From Flavobacteriales bacterium (GTDB lineage: Bacteria > Bacteroidota > Bacteroidia > Flavobacteriales > UBA7312): a stretch of 64,000 nucleotides of DNA. The position numbers and the translations under genes were made by a program. The notes below the pieces were generated by a model. That model saw only the letters and a program-made list of their open reading frames with translations. It did not search any database and was not told where the DNA came from. Below are positions 9,322-19,586 of the stretch, piece by piece (the stretch's first letter is position 1; each line of letters begins with the position of its first letter). The stretch is taken from NCBI GenBank assembly GCA_016779935.1, contig JADHMQ010000010.1, forward strand, positions 3,572 to 67,571, read 5' to 3'.

Positions 9322-9936
9322 ATGCACATAGCAATAGCTGGAAACATCGGCTCTGGTAAAACCACCTTAACAACTCTTTTATCAAAACATTATAGTTGGG
9401 AGGCGCAATACGAAGATGTTGATGACAACCCATATCTTAACGACTTTTACAAGGACATGCAACGCTGGTCCTTTAATCTTCAAATTTATTTTTTGAATAG
9501 TAGATTTGCTCAAGTACAAGAAATACATAACGGCGACAAAGACGTTATACAAGATCGAACAATGTATGAGGATGCATTTATATTTGCTCCTAACTTACAT
9601 GCAATGGGATTAATGAGTACTAGAGATTTTGAAAATTATAAAAGTCTTTTCAATCTAATGAATACTTTTATTCCTAGCCCAGATTTACTCATTTACCTAC
9701 GTTCAACAGTTCCTAATTTGGTAGAACAAATTCAGAAGAGAGGGAGAGATTATGAGAACTCTATAAGAATCGATTACTTATCGCGTCTCAATGAAAGGTA
9801 CGAAGCATGGATATCTTCATACACCCATGGTAAACTTTTAATTATTGAAGTGGATAACCTTGATTTTCAACAGAATAAAGAAGACTTAGGCTTCATAATC
9901 GATAAGATTGATGCCGAGATAAATGGATTGTTCTAA
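9322..9936 (+). CDS. Deoxynucleoside kinase (dNK family), paralog 2
   Basis: P-loop IAIAGNIGSGKTT, DRTMYED and RGRDYEN in 204 aa. It is a paralog of 3278-3907. Confidence 0.88.
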   Translation: MHIAIAGNIGSGKTTLTTLLSKHYSWEAQYEDVDDNPYLNDFYKDMQRWSFNLQIYFLNSRFAQVQEIHNGDKDVIQDRTMYEDAFIFAPNLHAMGLMSTRDFENYKSLFNLMNTFIPSPDLLIYLRSTVPNLVEQIQKRGRDYENSIRIDYLSRLNERYEAWISSYTHGKLLIIEVDNLDFQQNKEDLGFIIDKIDAEINGLF

Positions 9937-9957
9937 TTTTCATTAAAAAACTAGACA

Positions 9958-9989
9958 CAAAAAAACCCAGCTTATGCTGGGTTTTTTAT
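9958..9989. terminator. Bidirectional intrinsic terminator (dNK paralog 2 / hppA)
   Basis: AAAAAACCCAGC-TTAT-GCTGGGTTTTTT, a perfect GC-containing stem with an A-run and a T-run on either side. Confidence 0.85.
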
Positions 9990-10012
9990 TAGTAATAAAG
10001 TATGTATTAAAC

Positions 10013-12520
10013 TTATTTTATATTAATTTCTCCTCTAATCATATCATCAGTTGTGAATTCAAAGATTACAGGCATACTTCCCGACTCAAATTTAAGATTA
10101 CCACTAGAAACATATAATCCGTTTACTGGTTTTTTTACACTTATAGAGTTGAAAGAAAGCACTCTAGAAGACAAAATAGGATTTTTAGATTTTAAAGGTT
10201 TTAAATCTTTAACTTTAAAACCAACTTCAAAACCCTTATCACCTTTTTTGAAAAAGGTATTAACATTTACTTTCAATCTTTCACCATCAACATTAATGAC
10301 TACAACACCAGTAGTTAAATCTCTAGAATACTCAGTTGTCATTTCCGTTTTTACTGGCATTTCAGAGGTGCTTTCAGTAGCATTAACTGGCACTAATGAA
10401 GGTGCAATTACTAAAGCTACAACAGACATTAATTTCAATAAAATGTTTAGAGATGGACCTGAAGTGTCTTTGAATGGATCACCAACAGTATCACCAACAA
10501 CTGCAGCTTTGTGAGCATCAGTTCCTTTACGCCCTGACTCTTCAATCATCTTCTTAGCGTTATCCCATGCTCCACCTGCATTAGATTGGAAAATTGCCAT
10601 AAGGACACCACAAGTCGTTACACCTGCAAGTAATCCACCTAACATCTCAGCACTTCCTAAAAATCCAACAAGTACTGGAACAACGATAGCTAATAAACCA
10701 GGAAGAACCATCTCGCGAATTGATGCTTTTGTAGAAATTTCAACACATTTGTCGTATTCTGCAACACCATCTGCTGCATCAAATATTTTCTTGTCAGCAG
10801 CAGAAGCTTTAGACATATCAGAATTATTCTTACGCATTACTTCTAATGCTGCTTTTAGTGCTGGAATATCTCTAAACTGTCTTCTTACCTCTTCAATCAT
10901 TGCCATAGCTGCGCGGCCTACAGCATTCATTGATAATGCAGAGAACACAAATGGTAGCATACCCCCTACTAATAAACCTGCCATAATTTCTGGCTTAGAA
11001 ACATCAATAGATGTAATTTTTGCGGTTTTCATGAAAGCTGCAAATAATGCTAAAGCGGTAAGAGCAGCAGAGGCAATAGCAAAACCTTTACCAATAGCTG
11101 CAGTAGTGTTACCTACAGCATCTAATTTGTCAGTTCTTTCTCTAACTTCTGGATCTAATTCAGCCATCTCAGCAATACCACCAGCGTTATCAGAAATAGG
11201 ACCGTAAGCATCAACTGCTAACTGAATACCAGTATTAGCTAACATACCTACTGCTGCAATTGCAATACCGTAAAGACCTGCAAATTTGTGAGAAACTAAA
11301 ATTGCCGCAGCAATTAAAATAATCGGAATAGCTGTTGACATCATACCTACTCCTAAACCAGCAATAATATTTGTTGCTGAACCAGTTTCTGATTGCTCAA
11401 CAATAGAGTTAACTGGTTTTGTGCCTGTTCCAGTGTAGTATTCTGTTACTTTTCCTACTGCTAATCCAGCAACTAAACCTGCAATAGTTGCCCAAAAGAC
11501 ACCCATTGAAGTGTACTGAATGCCAGATTCTATCCATGTTTCAGGAAGCATAGCATTAATAATGAAATAAGAAGCAACTAGCATTAATCCTGCTGAGCCA
11601 AATTCACCAATGTTAAGTGCTGCATGTGGCGAACCACCGTCTTTTACTTTAACGAAGAATGTACCGATAATTGACATTATAATACCAACTGCAGCTAAAG
11701 CTAATGGCAAATACACAGCTCCCAAGCCATCAAATTGAGCTTGGAATTCTGGTAATGTTGCATAAACAGCACCCAATACCATTGTACCAATAATAGAACC
11801 GACATAAGATTCGAATAAGTCAGCCCCCATACCAGCAACATCACCTACGTTATCACCTACGTTATCGGCAATAGTAGCAGGATTTAGAGGATGGTCTTCT
11901 GGAATACCAGCTTCAACCTTTCCAACTAAGTCAGCACCAACATCAGCAGCTTTAGTGTAAATACCACCACCAACACGTGCAAATAATGCAATTGATGAAG
12001 CACCAAGAGAAAATCCAGAAAGAACATTAAGTACCTCTCCTAACTCCCAACCTTGACCACTGTAGATCATAAATAAAGAACTTAATCCTAGTACACCTAA
12101 ACCAACAACTCCAAGTCCCATTACAGCACCACCAGCAAAAGCAACTTCTAAAGCTGCCCCTAAAGATGTTCTTGCAGCATTAGTTGTTCTTACGTTTGCT
12201 TTAGTCGCTACTCGCATTCCAATGAATCCAGCAAGTGCAGAACAGATAGCACCAACAATAAATGATACTGCAACCATTCCGTTTGAGCCATCCTCGCTAC
12301 TTCCTTTGAAGTAAAGAAGTATTGCCACTGCTAAAACAAATACAGATAATACTTTGTACTCCGCCTTCAAGAAGGACATTGCACCATCGGCAATATTCTT
12401 AGCAATTCTCGACATTTTTTCAGTTCCTTCCTCTTGCTTAGAAACCCAAGCATTCTTCCAGAATACATAGACTAATGCCAGTACACCGAACAACGGAAGA
12501 TAATCTACAATCATTTTCAT
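10013..12520 (-). CDS. hppA: K+-dependent-type membrane pyrophosphatase (H+/Na+-translocating) with a 124-aa C-terminal extension
   Basis: Motifs [29 protein letters not shown] and [16 protein letters not shown] (the GNTTAA form is the K+-dependent class), plus [19 protein letters not shown]. After the last TM helix (...[11 protein letters not shown]) a non-membrane tail of about 124 aa follows. Confidence 0.93.
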   Translation of the reverse strand: MKMIVDYLPLFGVLALVYVFWKNAWVSKQEEGTEKMSRIAKNIADGAMSFLKAEYKVLSVFVLAVAILLYFKGSSEDGSNGMVAVSFIVGAICSALAGFIGMRVATKANVRTTNAARTSLGAALEVAFAGGAVMGLGVVGLGVLGLSSLFMIYSGQGWELGEVLNVLSGFSLGASSIALFARVGGGIYTKAADVGADLVGKVEAGIPEDHPLNPATIADNVGDNVGDVAGMGADLFESYVGSIIGTMVLGAVYATLPEFQAQFDGLGAVYLPLALAAVGIIMSIIGTFFVKVKDGGSPHAALNIGEFGSAGLMLVASYFIINAMLPETWIESGIQYTSMGVFWATIAGLVAGLAVGKVTEYYTGTGTKPVNSIVEQSETGSATNIIAGLGVGMMSTAIPIILIAAAILVSHKFAGLYGIAIAAVGMLANTGIQLAVDAYGPISDNAGGIAEMAELDPEVRERTDKLDAVGNTTAAIGKGFAIASAALTALALFAAFMKTAKITSIDVSKPEIMAGLLVGGMLPFVFSALSMNAVGRAAMAMIEEVRRQFRDIPALKAALEVMRKNNSDMSKASAADKKIFDAADGVAEYDKCVEISTKASIREMVLPGLLAIVVPVLVGFLGSAEMLGGLLAGVTTCGVLMAIFQSNAGGAWDNAKKMIEESGRKGTDAHKAAVVGDTVGDPFKDTSGPSLNILLKLMSVVALVIAPSLVPVNATESTSEMPVKTEMTTEYSRDLTTGVVVINVDGERLKVNVNTFFKKGDKGFEVGFKVKDLKPLKSKNPILSSRVLSFNSISVKKPVNGLYVSSGNLKFESGSMPVIFEFTTDDMIRGEINIK

Positions 12521-12550
12521 ATTTTGAAATTTTAGTTAATTTAGGTTAAT

Positions 12551-13534
12551 TTAATTCTTAGTGTAGGTAACTTCTTTGACCGCCTCAATGAGCTTGTCTT
12601 TGTTTGGTAAAAAGGCTTCAACTAGTGTAGGTGCATAAGCCATTGGAGTATCCAAACACGTTACTCGTTTTATTGGTGCATCAAGGTAATCAAAAGCATC
12701 CTTTTGCACTCTGTATGAAATTTCAGTAGCAATAGATCCAAGCGGCCATGCCTCTTCTAATACTACTAATCTATTAGTCTTCTTTACCGATTCTAATATT
12801 GTATCGTAGTCAATCGGTCTTACTGTTCTTAAATCTATAACTTCAGCCTCTATTCCTTGTTCAGCCAGTTCATCAGCAGCTTTGTAAGCCTCTTTTATTA
12901 TCTTCCCAAATGACACAATAGTTACATCTGTACCTTTTCGTTTGATGTCTGCAACACCAAGAGGCAATAAGTATTCACCTTCAGGAATTTCACCTTTATC
13001 ACCATACATCTGCTCTGACTCCATAAAAATTACAGGATCATTATCTCTAATAGCGGATTTTAATAATCCTTTTGCGTCGTATGGGTTTGATGGTACTACA
13101 ACCTTTAGACCAGGACAATTAGCATACCAACTTTCAAAGGCTTGTGAGTGTGTAGCTCCAAGCTGACCGGCAGATGCTGTTGGACCTCTAAAAACAATAG
13201 GAATTGGGAACTGACCACCAGACATTTGCCTCATCTTAGCAGCATTACTGATAATTTGGTCAATAGCAACTAATGAAAAGTTAAAGGTCATAAATTCAAT
13301 TATTGGTCGAAGACCATTCATGGCCGATCCAACACCAATACCAGCAAAACCAAGTTCTGAAATAGGGGTGTCAATAACGCGTTTTTCACCAAACTCATCA
13401 AGCATTCCTTTAGATGCTTTATATGCGCCATTGTACTCCGCTACCTCTTCACCCATCAGGTAAATGTTAGCGTCTCGACGCATTTCCTCACTCATGGCTT
13501 CACAAACAGCCTCTCGAAATTGTACTTCTCTCAT
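12551..13534 (-). CDS. pdhB: Pyruvate dehydrogenase E1 component, beta subunit
   Basis: 327 aa with MREVQFREA..., RVIDTPISE.GFAG and a transketolase-like pyrimidine-binding plus C-terminal domain pattern. Confidence 0.9.
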   Translation of the reverse strand: MREVQFREAVCEAMSEEMRRDANIYLMGEEVAEYNGAYKASKGMLDEFGEKRVIDTPISELGFAGIGVGSAMNGLRPIIEFMTFNFSLVAIDQIISNAAKMRQMSGGQFPIPIVFRGPTASAGQLGATHSQAFESWYANCPGLKVVVPSNPYDAKGLLKSAIRDNDPVIFMESEQMYGDKGEIPEGEYLLPLGVADIKRKGTDVTIVSFGKIIKEAYKAADELAEQGIEAEVIDLRTVRPIDYDTILESVKKTNRLVVLEEAWPLGSIATEISYRVQKDAFDYLDAPIKRVTCLDTPMAYAPTLVEAFLPNKDKLIEAVKEVTYTKN

Positions 13535-13661
13535 TGTATTCCTACTCTATTTAGGGTCTGCAAAAATAACATTTTTTACAAATTACCAAAGCGAGAAAAC
13601 TACTATTAAAATCTTGTTGATACTAAAGTGTTATTCGTGCTCAATAATTACTTAAAAATCT

Positions 13662-13669
13662 TACTTTTG
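13662..13669 (+). promoter_or_regulatory. -7 box TACTTTTG upstream of etfB
   Basis: Exact TAnnTTTG, 28 nt upstream of ATG 13698, in the divergent pdhB/etfB intergenic region. Confidence 0.45.
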
Positions 13670-13697
13670 TGAAATCATAACTAACACTAATTTAACG

Positions 13698-14444
13698 ATG
13701 AATATACTGGTATGTATTAGTAACGTCCCAGACACAACTTCCAAGATTGAATTCACTAGTGACTCTGCCTCATTTTTAACTGAGGGAGTACAGTTTATTA
13801 TCAATCCTTACGACGAGTTTGGACTAACTAAAGCTATAAAACTTAGAGAACAACATGGCGGCAAAGTCACTGTTGTAAATTTTGGCGAAAACACAAGCGA
13901 GCCAACCTTACGAAAAGCACTTGCAATTGGTGCCGATGAAGCCATAAGAATTGATGGTGTACCTACCGATAGTTTTTTAGTTGCCAAAGAACTGTCCAAA
14001 ATTATTTCAGAAAACAACTTTGACCTCATTGTATTAGGGAGAGAATCCATAGACTATAATGGTGGTGCAGTACCGGCTATGATTGCCGAGCTATTAGACT
14101 TGCCATTTGTAAACGCTTGTACCGGTCTAACTATAGATGGCAATGAAGCTAAGATGGAACGAGAAATTGAAGGCGGCAAAGAATTTATCAGTGCGACTCT
14201 TCCATTGGTTATTGGAGGGCAAAAAGGATTGGTAGAAGAATCGGATTTACTGATTCCTAATATGCGTGGCATTATGACTGCGAGAACAAAACCTCTAGCC
14301 GTAGTTGAAAGCAGCAGCAATTCTGGAAAAAGTTCTTCAGTATCGTTTGAAAAACCAGTCGCAAAGCAAGACTGTAAAATGGTAGAGGCTGGTCAAGAAA
14401 AAGAATTAGTAACCTTACTTCATCAAGAAGCTAAAGTAATATAA
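13698..14444 (+). CDS. etfB: Electron transfer flavoprotein, beta subunit
   Basis: MNILVCISNVPDTTSKI..., INPYDEFGLTKA, and a 248-aa length. Confidence 0.9.
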   Translation: MNILVCISNVPDTTSKIEFTSDSASFLTEGVQFIINPYDEFGLTKAIKLREQHGGKVTVVNFGENTSEPTLRKALAIGADEAIRIDGVPTDSFLVAKELSKIISENNFDLIVLGRESIDYNGGAVPAMIAELLDLPFVNACTGLTIDGNEAKMEREIEGGKEFISATLPLVIGGQKGLVEESDLLIPNMRGIMTARTKPLAVVESSSNSGKSSSVSFEKPVAKQDCKMVEAGQEKELVTLLHQEAKVI

Positions 14445-14446
14445 AT

Positions 14447-15412
14447 ATGTCTGTAGTAGTTTTTGCCGAAAGTTGGAACGGCACATTTAAAAAAGGAACA
14501 TTTGAAATACTAACATATGCTCATGATGTGGCAAAAAAAATGGATGCTAAATGCATTGCCCTTACCATTGGAAACATTTCGGATGACATTAAAGTACTAG
14601 CCAAATATGGCGCTGACAAAGTGCTTAGCATTTCTAATAATTTTGATGCTTGTGATAATAAAGGCATTTCATCAGCAATAGCACAAATTGCTGATGCTGA
14701 AGGTGCTAAAATTCTTATTCTTTCAAACACTAATACTGGAAAAACCATCGGACCAAGAATAGCCGTAAAAATGGACGCTTCATTTATAAGTAATTCGATT
14801 GAAGTACCTACCGAATCAAGTCCTTTAGTAGTTAAGAAAAAATCCTTTTCAGGTAAGGCATTTGAGATGGCACAAAGCCATACTGATAAGACAGTTATTG
14901 CCTTATCACCTAATGCTTACTCCATTACTGAAAACAACAATGACTCTTGTGAGTTTACAACCGTCGATTGTCAAGTAGATGACACCAATGTAACTTCAAT
15001 TAAAGTTGAAAAAGCAAGCGGTAAAATTAGCTTAGCAGAAGCTGAAATCGTGATTTCTGCAGGACGAGGACTGAAAGGACCAGACAATTGGGGAATGATT
15101 GAGGAACTTGCTGATTTACTAAATGCTGGAACAGCCTGTTCTAAGCCCGTCTCTGATATCGGATGGCGACCTCACAGCGAACATGTTGGTCAAACTGGCA
15201 AAGCCATTGCACCAAACCTATATATTGCTATCGGTATTTCTGGCGCTATTCAGCACCTTGCTGGAGTGAACTCATCCAAAGTTATGGTGGCTATTAATAC
15301 CGACCCTGAAGCCCCATTCTTTAAGGCTGCCGATTACGGAATTGTAGGCGATGCTTTTGAAGTTGTACCACGACTAATTGAAGAAATAAAACAATTCAAA
15401 TCGTCTAATTAA
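14447..15412 (+). CDS. etfA: Electron transfer flavoprotein, alpha subunit
   Basis: C-terminal FAD-binding motif VGQTGKAIAPNLYIAIGISGAIQHLAG. The gene starts 2 nt after etfB. Confidence 0.9.
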   Translation: MSVVVFAESWNGTFKKGTFEILTYAHDVAKKMDAKCIALTIGNISDDIKVLAKYGADKVLSISNNFDACDNKGISSAIAQIADAEGAKILILSNTNTGKTIGPRIAVKMDASFISNSIEVPTESSPLVVKKKSFSGKAFEMAQSHTDKTVIALSPNAYSITENNNDSCEFTTVDCQVDDTNVTSIKVEKASGKISLAEAEIVISAGRGLKGPDNWGMIEELADLLNAGTACSKPVSDIGWRPHSEHVGQTGKAIAPNLYIAIGISGAIQHLAGVNSSKVMVAINTDPEAPFFKAADYGIVGDAFEVVPRLIEEIKQFKSSN

Positions 15413-15999
15413 TGAAATTGATTCAACTAGATATAGTTGGACTATCCAATAGCCAAACCCAATCCGGTGCATTTGCTCTTGTACTTGGCGAAGTTCAAGG
15501 AAGACGAAGACTGCCAATTGTTATCGGAAACTTTGAAGCTAAAGCCATAGCAATTGCCCTGGACAATGAGTTCAAAAGTCAGCGCCCTATAACACATGAT
15601 TTATTCAAAAGCATATGCAAAGGTTATGATATAGTCGTTCAAAAAATCGTTATCAGCTCCATCAATTCTGGTGGAATTTTTTCCTCTATCATCTATTGCA
15701 TAGATATGAATGGGAAAGAAATTGAAATTGATTCTAGAACCTCTGATGCTGTTGCCATAGCTATTCGTTTCAAAGCACCCATATTTACTTATGAAGCTAT
15801 TCTCGATGAAGCAGGTATTATTTTGGAACAAGACATCACTGATGAAAAAGAGGTTGTAGAACACAACAAGCTGGAAGACTCTTCAACTTTTGAAAACTTT
15901 AGTAATTCTGAACTCAAAGAACGTTTAGAAAAAGCTATACTTGAAGAAGATTATGAGCTTGCCTCTAAACTAAGGGATGAAATTGAAAAACGAAAATAA
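15412..15999 (+). CDS. Bifunctional nuclease (DUF151/BFN) with C-terminal UVR motif
   Basis: RRLPIVIG..EA.AIA, RPITHDL and IDSRTSDAVAIAIRF match the BFN domain. The tail EEDYELASKLRDEIEKRK is a UvrB/C-like UVR motif. Its start shares TAATG with the etfA stop. Confidence 0.8.
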   Translation: MKLIQLDIVGLSNSQTQSGAFALVLGEVQGRRRLPIVIGNFEAKAIAIALDNEFKSQRPITHDLFKSICKGYDIVVQKIVISSINSGGIFSSIIYCIDMNGKEIEIDSRTSDAVAIAIRFKAPIFTYEAILDEAGIILEQDITDEKEVVEHNKLEDSSTFENFSNSELKERLEKAILEEDYELASKLRDEIEKRK

Positions 16000-16008
16000 A
16001 AACAGCAC

Positions 16009-17676
16009 ATGCTTAGACACCTAACCTTACTCTTTCTATCTCTAATTTCTTTGAGTATATATGCTCAAGAAATTAATAGAAAATGGATGTTTGAAAGCAT
16101 CACACAGATTAATGATGCCACTCCAATAAGAACGATTGGCACAGATGATTTTATGCTCATTAATAGCGATGGCACCTTTGAATACGAAATAGCCTCTGTA
16201 CCTCTCAAAGCCTCTGGAGAGTGGAGTTTAGTAGGCAATACACTTCAATTTGACTATAACCTACCATCAGACACCAGTCGATTTTATAAAATAGAGCTTT
16301 CCACAAACGATCTCATTCTTAGTGAAAACGGTATTAATTACGCATTCAGATCTAGCCTTCAAGACTACAAAAATGGAGGTTTTAACATAATGAATATTAT
16401 AAGAGGACTACTGGGAATTGCCGTACTTATTGGTATAGCCTTCATTTTTAGTAGAAATCGAAGAGCCATTAATTGGTCATTAGTCTGGAAAGGATTGCTC
16501 ATTCAAATTATATTTGCACTAGCCATTCTCAAAGTACCATTTATACAACGTTTATTTGACTGGCTCAGTTCTATTTTTGTAGTGCTTCTAGGTTTTACTC
16601 AAGAAGGTTCGCTCTTTCTGTTTGGAAATTTAATCAGTGACACCACTAGCTTTGGCTATATTTTTGCCTTTCAAGTATTACCAACTATTCTTTTCTTTTC
16701 AGCACTTACCAGTATACTATTTTACTACGGCATACTTCAAAAGGTCGTTTATTTCTTCGCTCTTATAATGAAGAAAACCTTGAATTTATCGGGTTCTGAA
16801 AGCTTAGCTGCTATTGGTAACATATTCTTAGGGCAAACGGAATCCCCACTACTCATTAAGCCCTATATAGAGAAGATGACGCTTTCAGAATTGCTATGTC
16901 TGATGAGTGGCGGAATGGCAACAATTGCAGGCGGTGTACTTGCTGCCTACATTGGATTTTTAGGCGGTAATGATCCCGTTCAGCAATTATTTTTCGCTAA
17001 GCATTTATTGGCTGCTTCTGTAATGTCCGCTCCAGCTGCTGTGGTAGCTGCAAAAATACTCTTACCAGAAACAGAAGAAGTTAGTCAGGACATGACTATT
17101 TCTGATGAACAACTAGGTAGTAATGTCTTGGAAGCTATAAGTATAGGGACTGGACAAGGTATAAAACTAGCAGTAAATGTAGGAGCAATGCTACTAGTAT
17201 TTATCGCTTTTATTTCTATGGTAAATTACTTCCTAACGAATTTTGTTGGTGACTTCACGGGTATAAATACATGGGTTGAAAATATTACAGATGGCCAGTT
17301 TACAGGCTTTAGTTTAGAGTTTATTTTGGGTTATGCTCTTGCCCCTATTACATGGCTTTTGGGTGTATGCAAAGAGGATATTGTTTTGGTTGGTCAACTA
17401 TTGGGTGAAAAAACTATACTTAATGAGTTTGTAGCCTACGTTTCTTTAGGAGAAATGAAAGCCTCGTCCAGATTTTTTGAAGAAAAATCAATTATAATAG
17501 CTACCTATATTTTATGCGGATTTGCCAATTTCTCTTCTATTGGCATTCAAATAGGTGGTATTGGAGCTTTAGCGCCATCGAGAATGAAAGATTTATCAAG
17601 ACTAGGAATATTAGCACTTATTGCAGGGACATTAGCGTGTTTATTTACCTCTGTAATTGTAGGAATGATTTTATAA
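16009..17676 (+). CDS. NupC/CNT-family nucleoside transporter with N-terminal lipocalin-like extension
   Basis: Residues from about 125 to 555 form the CNT core (GNIFLGQTESPLLIKPY, GGMATIAGGVLAAY, GFANFSSIGIQIGG). Residues 1 to about 122 are a signal peptide plus a soluble beta-rich domain (RKWMFESI...GEWSLVGNTLQF...YKIELSTNDLIL). Confidence 0.88.
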   Translation: MLRHLTLLFLSLISLSIYAQEINRKWMFESITQINDATPIRTIGTDDFMLINSDGTFEYEIASVPLKASGEWSLVGNTLQFDYNLPSDTSRFYKIELSTNDLILSENGINYAFRSSLQDYKNGGFNIMNIIRGLLGIAVLIGIAFIFSRNRRAINWSLVWKGLLIQIIFALAILKVPFIQRLFDWLSSIFVVLLGFTQEGSLFLFGNLISDTTSFGYIFAFQVLPTILFFSALTSILFYYGILQKVVYFFALIMKKTLNLSGSESLAAIGNIFLGQTESPLLIKPYIEKMTLSELLCLMSGGMATIAGGVLAAYIGFLGGNDPVQQLFFAKHLLAASVMSAPAAVVAAKILLPETEEVSQDMTISDEQLGSNVLEAISIGTGQGIKLAVNVGAMLLVFIAFISMVNYFLTNFVGDFTGINTWVENITDGQFTGFSLEFILGYALAPITWLLGVCKEDIVLVGQLLGEKTILNEFVAYVSLGEMKASSRFFEEKSIIIATYILCGFANFSSIGIQIGGIGALAPSRMKDLSRLGILALIAGTLACLFTSVIVGMIL

Positions 17677-17679
17677 AAT

Positions 17680-18474
17680 ATGCAACAGTATTTAGATTTA
17701 ATGACCAGAGTGATGAATGAAGGCACTCTAAAAGCAGACCGCACAGGAACAGGAACAAAAAGTGTGTTCGGTCATCAAATGCGATTTGATTTATCCGAAG
17801 GTTTTCCATGTGTAACGACAAAAAAACTACACCTTCGCTCAATTATTCACGAGTTACTGTGGTTCCTCAAAGGCGACACCAATATCAAATACCTCAAAGA
17901 AAACGGGGTAAGAATATGGGACGAATGGGCAGACGAAAATGGAGACTTAGGGCACGTTTACGGTTACCAGTGGAGGAGTTGGCCAACACCTGATGGTCGA
18001 CATATTGACCAAATCACTCAAGTTGTCAATCAGATAAAGAACAACCCTGATAGTAGACGAATGATTGTGAGTGCCTGGAACGTAGGCGAAATCGAAGACA
18101 TGGCACTACCACCCTGTCACGCTTTCTTTCAATTTTATGTAGCAGACGGAAAATTATCCTGTCAATTGTATCAAAGAAGTGCTGATATATTTTTGGGCGT
18201 TCCTTTCAATATTGCTTCTTATGCCTTATTGACTATGATGATGGCTCAAGTATGTGATTTAGAAGTTGGCGATTTCGTTCACACCCTTGGTGATGCTCAC
18301 ATATACACCAATCACTTTGAGCAAACTGAATTGCAACTTAGCAGAGACACTCGACCACTTCCAACAATGAAAATAAACCCAGAGGTAAAGAGTATTTTTG
18401 ACTTTAAATACGAGGATTTTGAGCTTCAAAATTACGACCCACATCCACATATTAAAGGAAAAGTAGCAATATAA
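17680..18474 (+). CDS. thyA: Thymidylate synthase (ThyA)
   Basis: MQQYLDLM..., DRTGTGT.SVFG and [12 protein letters not shown] (active-site Cys) in 264 aa. Confidence 0.97.
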   Translation: MQQYLDLMTRVMNEGTLKADRTGTGTKSVFGHQMRFDLSEGFPCVTTKKLHLRSIIHELLWFLKGDTNIKYLKENGVRIWDEWADENGDLGHVYGYQWRSWPTPDGRHIDQITQVVNQIKNNPDSRRMIVSAWNVGEIEDMALPPCHAFFQFYVADGKLSCQLYQRSADIFLGVPFNIASYALLTMMMAQVCDLEVGDFVHTLGDAHIYTNHFEQTELQLSRDTRPLPTMKINPEVKSIFDFKYEDFELQNYDPHPHIKGKVAI

Positions 18475-19586
18475 TGGCAAAAATAATCGTTTTAGGCGCT
18501 GGTCTTGTTGGCGGCGTAATGGCCAAAGATTTGACCAATGCACATGAAGTTACTTCAGTAGATTATAGCGAAGATGCTTTGTCGCCACTAAAAGCATTGG
18601 GTATTCATACCATTCACGCCGATTTATCGGATACAAATACCATACAACGACTTATTAGCGATTACGACTTAGTGGTAGGAGCAGTACCCGGATTTATGGG
18701 TTATAAAGTGCTTGAAACCGTTATAAAATCACAAAAAAACATCGTAGACATTTCCTTTTTCCCTGAGGATCCTTTCGGGCTCGATGAACTCGCCAAAGAA
18801 ATGGGAGTTGTAGCAGTAATGGATTGTGGTGTAGCACCAGGAATGGGTAATATTATTTTAGGGCATCATGATAAACTAATGAAAATATCCGATTACGAAT
18901 GTTTGGTAGGTGGACTTCCAGAGGTAAGAGAATGGCCCTATGAATATAAAGCCGTCTTTTCCCCTATTGATGTAATCGAAGAATACATCAGACCTGCACG
19001 TTATGTTCAACACAGTCAGCTCATTACTAAAGAAGCCTTGTCAGATACTGAGCTAATTGAATTTGAGGGTGTTGGCACTTTAGAGAGTTGGAATTCGGAC
19101 GGTTTGCGTTCACTTATAGACACCATGCCTCACATTCCTAATATGATTGAAAAGACACTACGCTACCCTGGTTGTGTGGAGTATTTGAAAGTCTTGAGAG
19201 CTAGCGGATTTTTCTCCTATGATGAAATAGAAGTTAACGGTCAAATGGTACGACCCATTGATTTAACCTCAAAATTGCTTTTTCCTAAGTGGCAATTGAA
19301 AGATGGTGAAAAAGACTTTACCGTCATGCGAATTCGCATGACTGGCGAAGAAGATGGTAAAAAAGTGAGGTATCAATACGATTTACTAGACCGTTATCAA
19401 GACAATACTATTTCTATGGCACGAACAACAGGCTTTACGTGTACTGCTGTAGCAAATTTAGTTGTGAATGGAGAATACAATAGGGTTGGGATTTCACCCC
19501 CAGAATACCTTGGCGGACATTTTGAATTTGTCAGAAATTACCTAGAACAAAGAGGGGTCATTTATACATTAAATAAAAGCGCATGA
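18474..19586 (+). CDS. Saccharopine dehydrogenase-family NAD(P)-binding protein
   Basis: N-terminal Rossmann motif IIVLGAGLVGG, then CGVAPGMGNI and a C-terminal Sacchrp_dh_C-like region. It is translationally coupled to thyA (TAATG) and folA (ATGA). Confidence 0.8.
   Translation: MAKIIVLGAGLVGGVMAKDLTNAHEVTSVDYSEDALSPLKALGIHTIHADLSDTNTIQRLISDYDLVVGAVPGFMGYKVLETVIKSQKNIVDISFFPEDPFGLDELAKEMGVVAVMDCGVAPGMGNIILGHHDKLMKISDYECLVGGLPEVREWPYEYKAVFSPIDVIEEYIRPARYVQHSQLITKEALSDTELIEFEGVGTLESWNSDGLRSLIDTMPHIPNMIEKTLRYPGCVEYLKVLRASGFFSYDEIEVNGQMVRPIDLTSKLLFPKWQLKDGEKDFTVMRIRMTGEEDGKKVRYQYDLLDRYQDNTISMARTTGFTCTAVANLVVNGEYNRVGISPPEYLGGHFEFVRNYLEQRGVIYTLNKSA

Noticed and set aside
10053-11207. ORFs of 153 and 152 aa on the plus strand (10053-10514, 10749-11207), antisense to hppA
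   Set aside because: They lie wholly inside a very well supported membrane pyrophosphatase gene. Their translations are low-complexity Ser/Ala/Thr/Leu-rich shadows of the Gly/Ala/Val-rich sense frame, with no recognisable motifs.
13464-13655. 63-aa plus-strand ORF spanning the pdhB start and the pdhB/etfB intergenic region
   Set aside because: It overlaps the 5' end of pdhB in antisense and runs through the divergent promoter region. It has no supporting signals.
17514-17842. Small ORFs (61-68 aa) around the nupC/thyA junction on both strands
   Set aside because: All are nested in alternative frames or antisense to two strongly supported genes.
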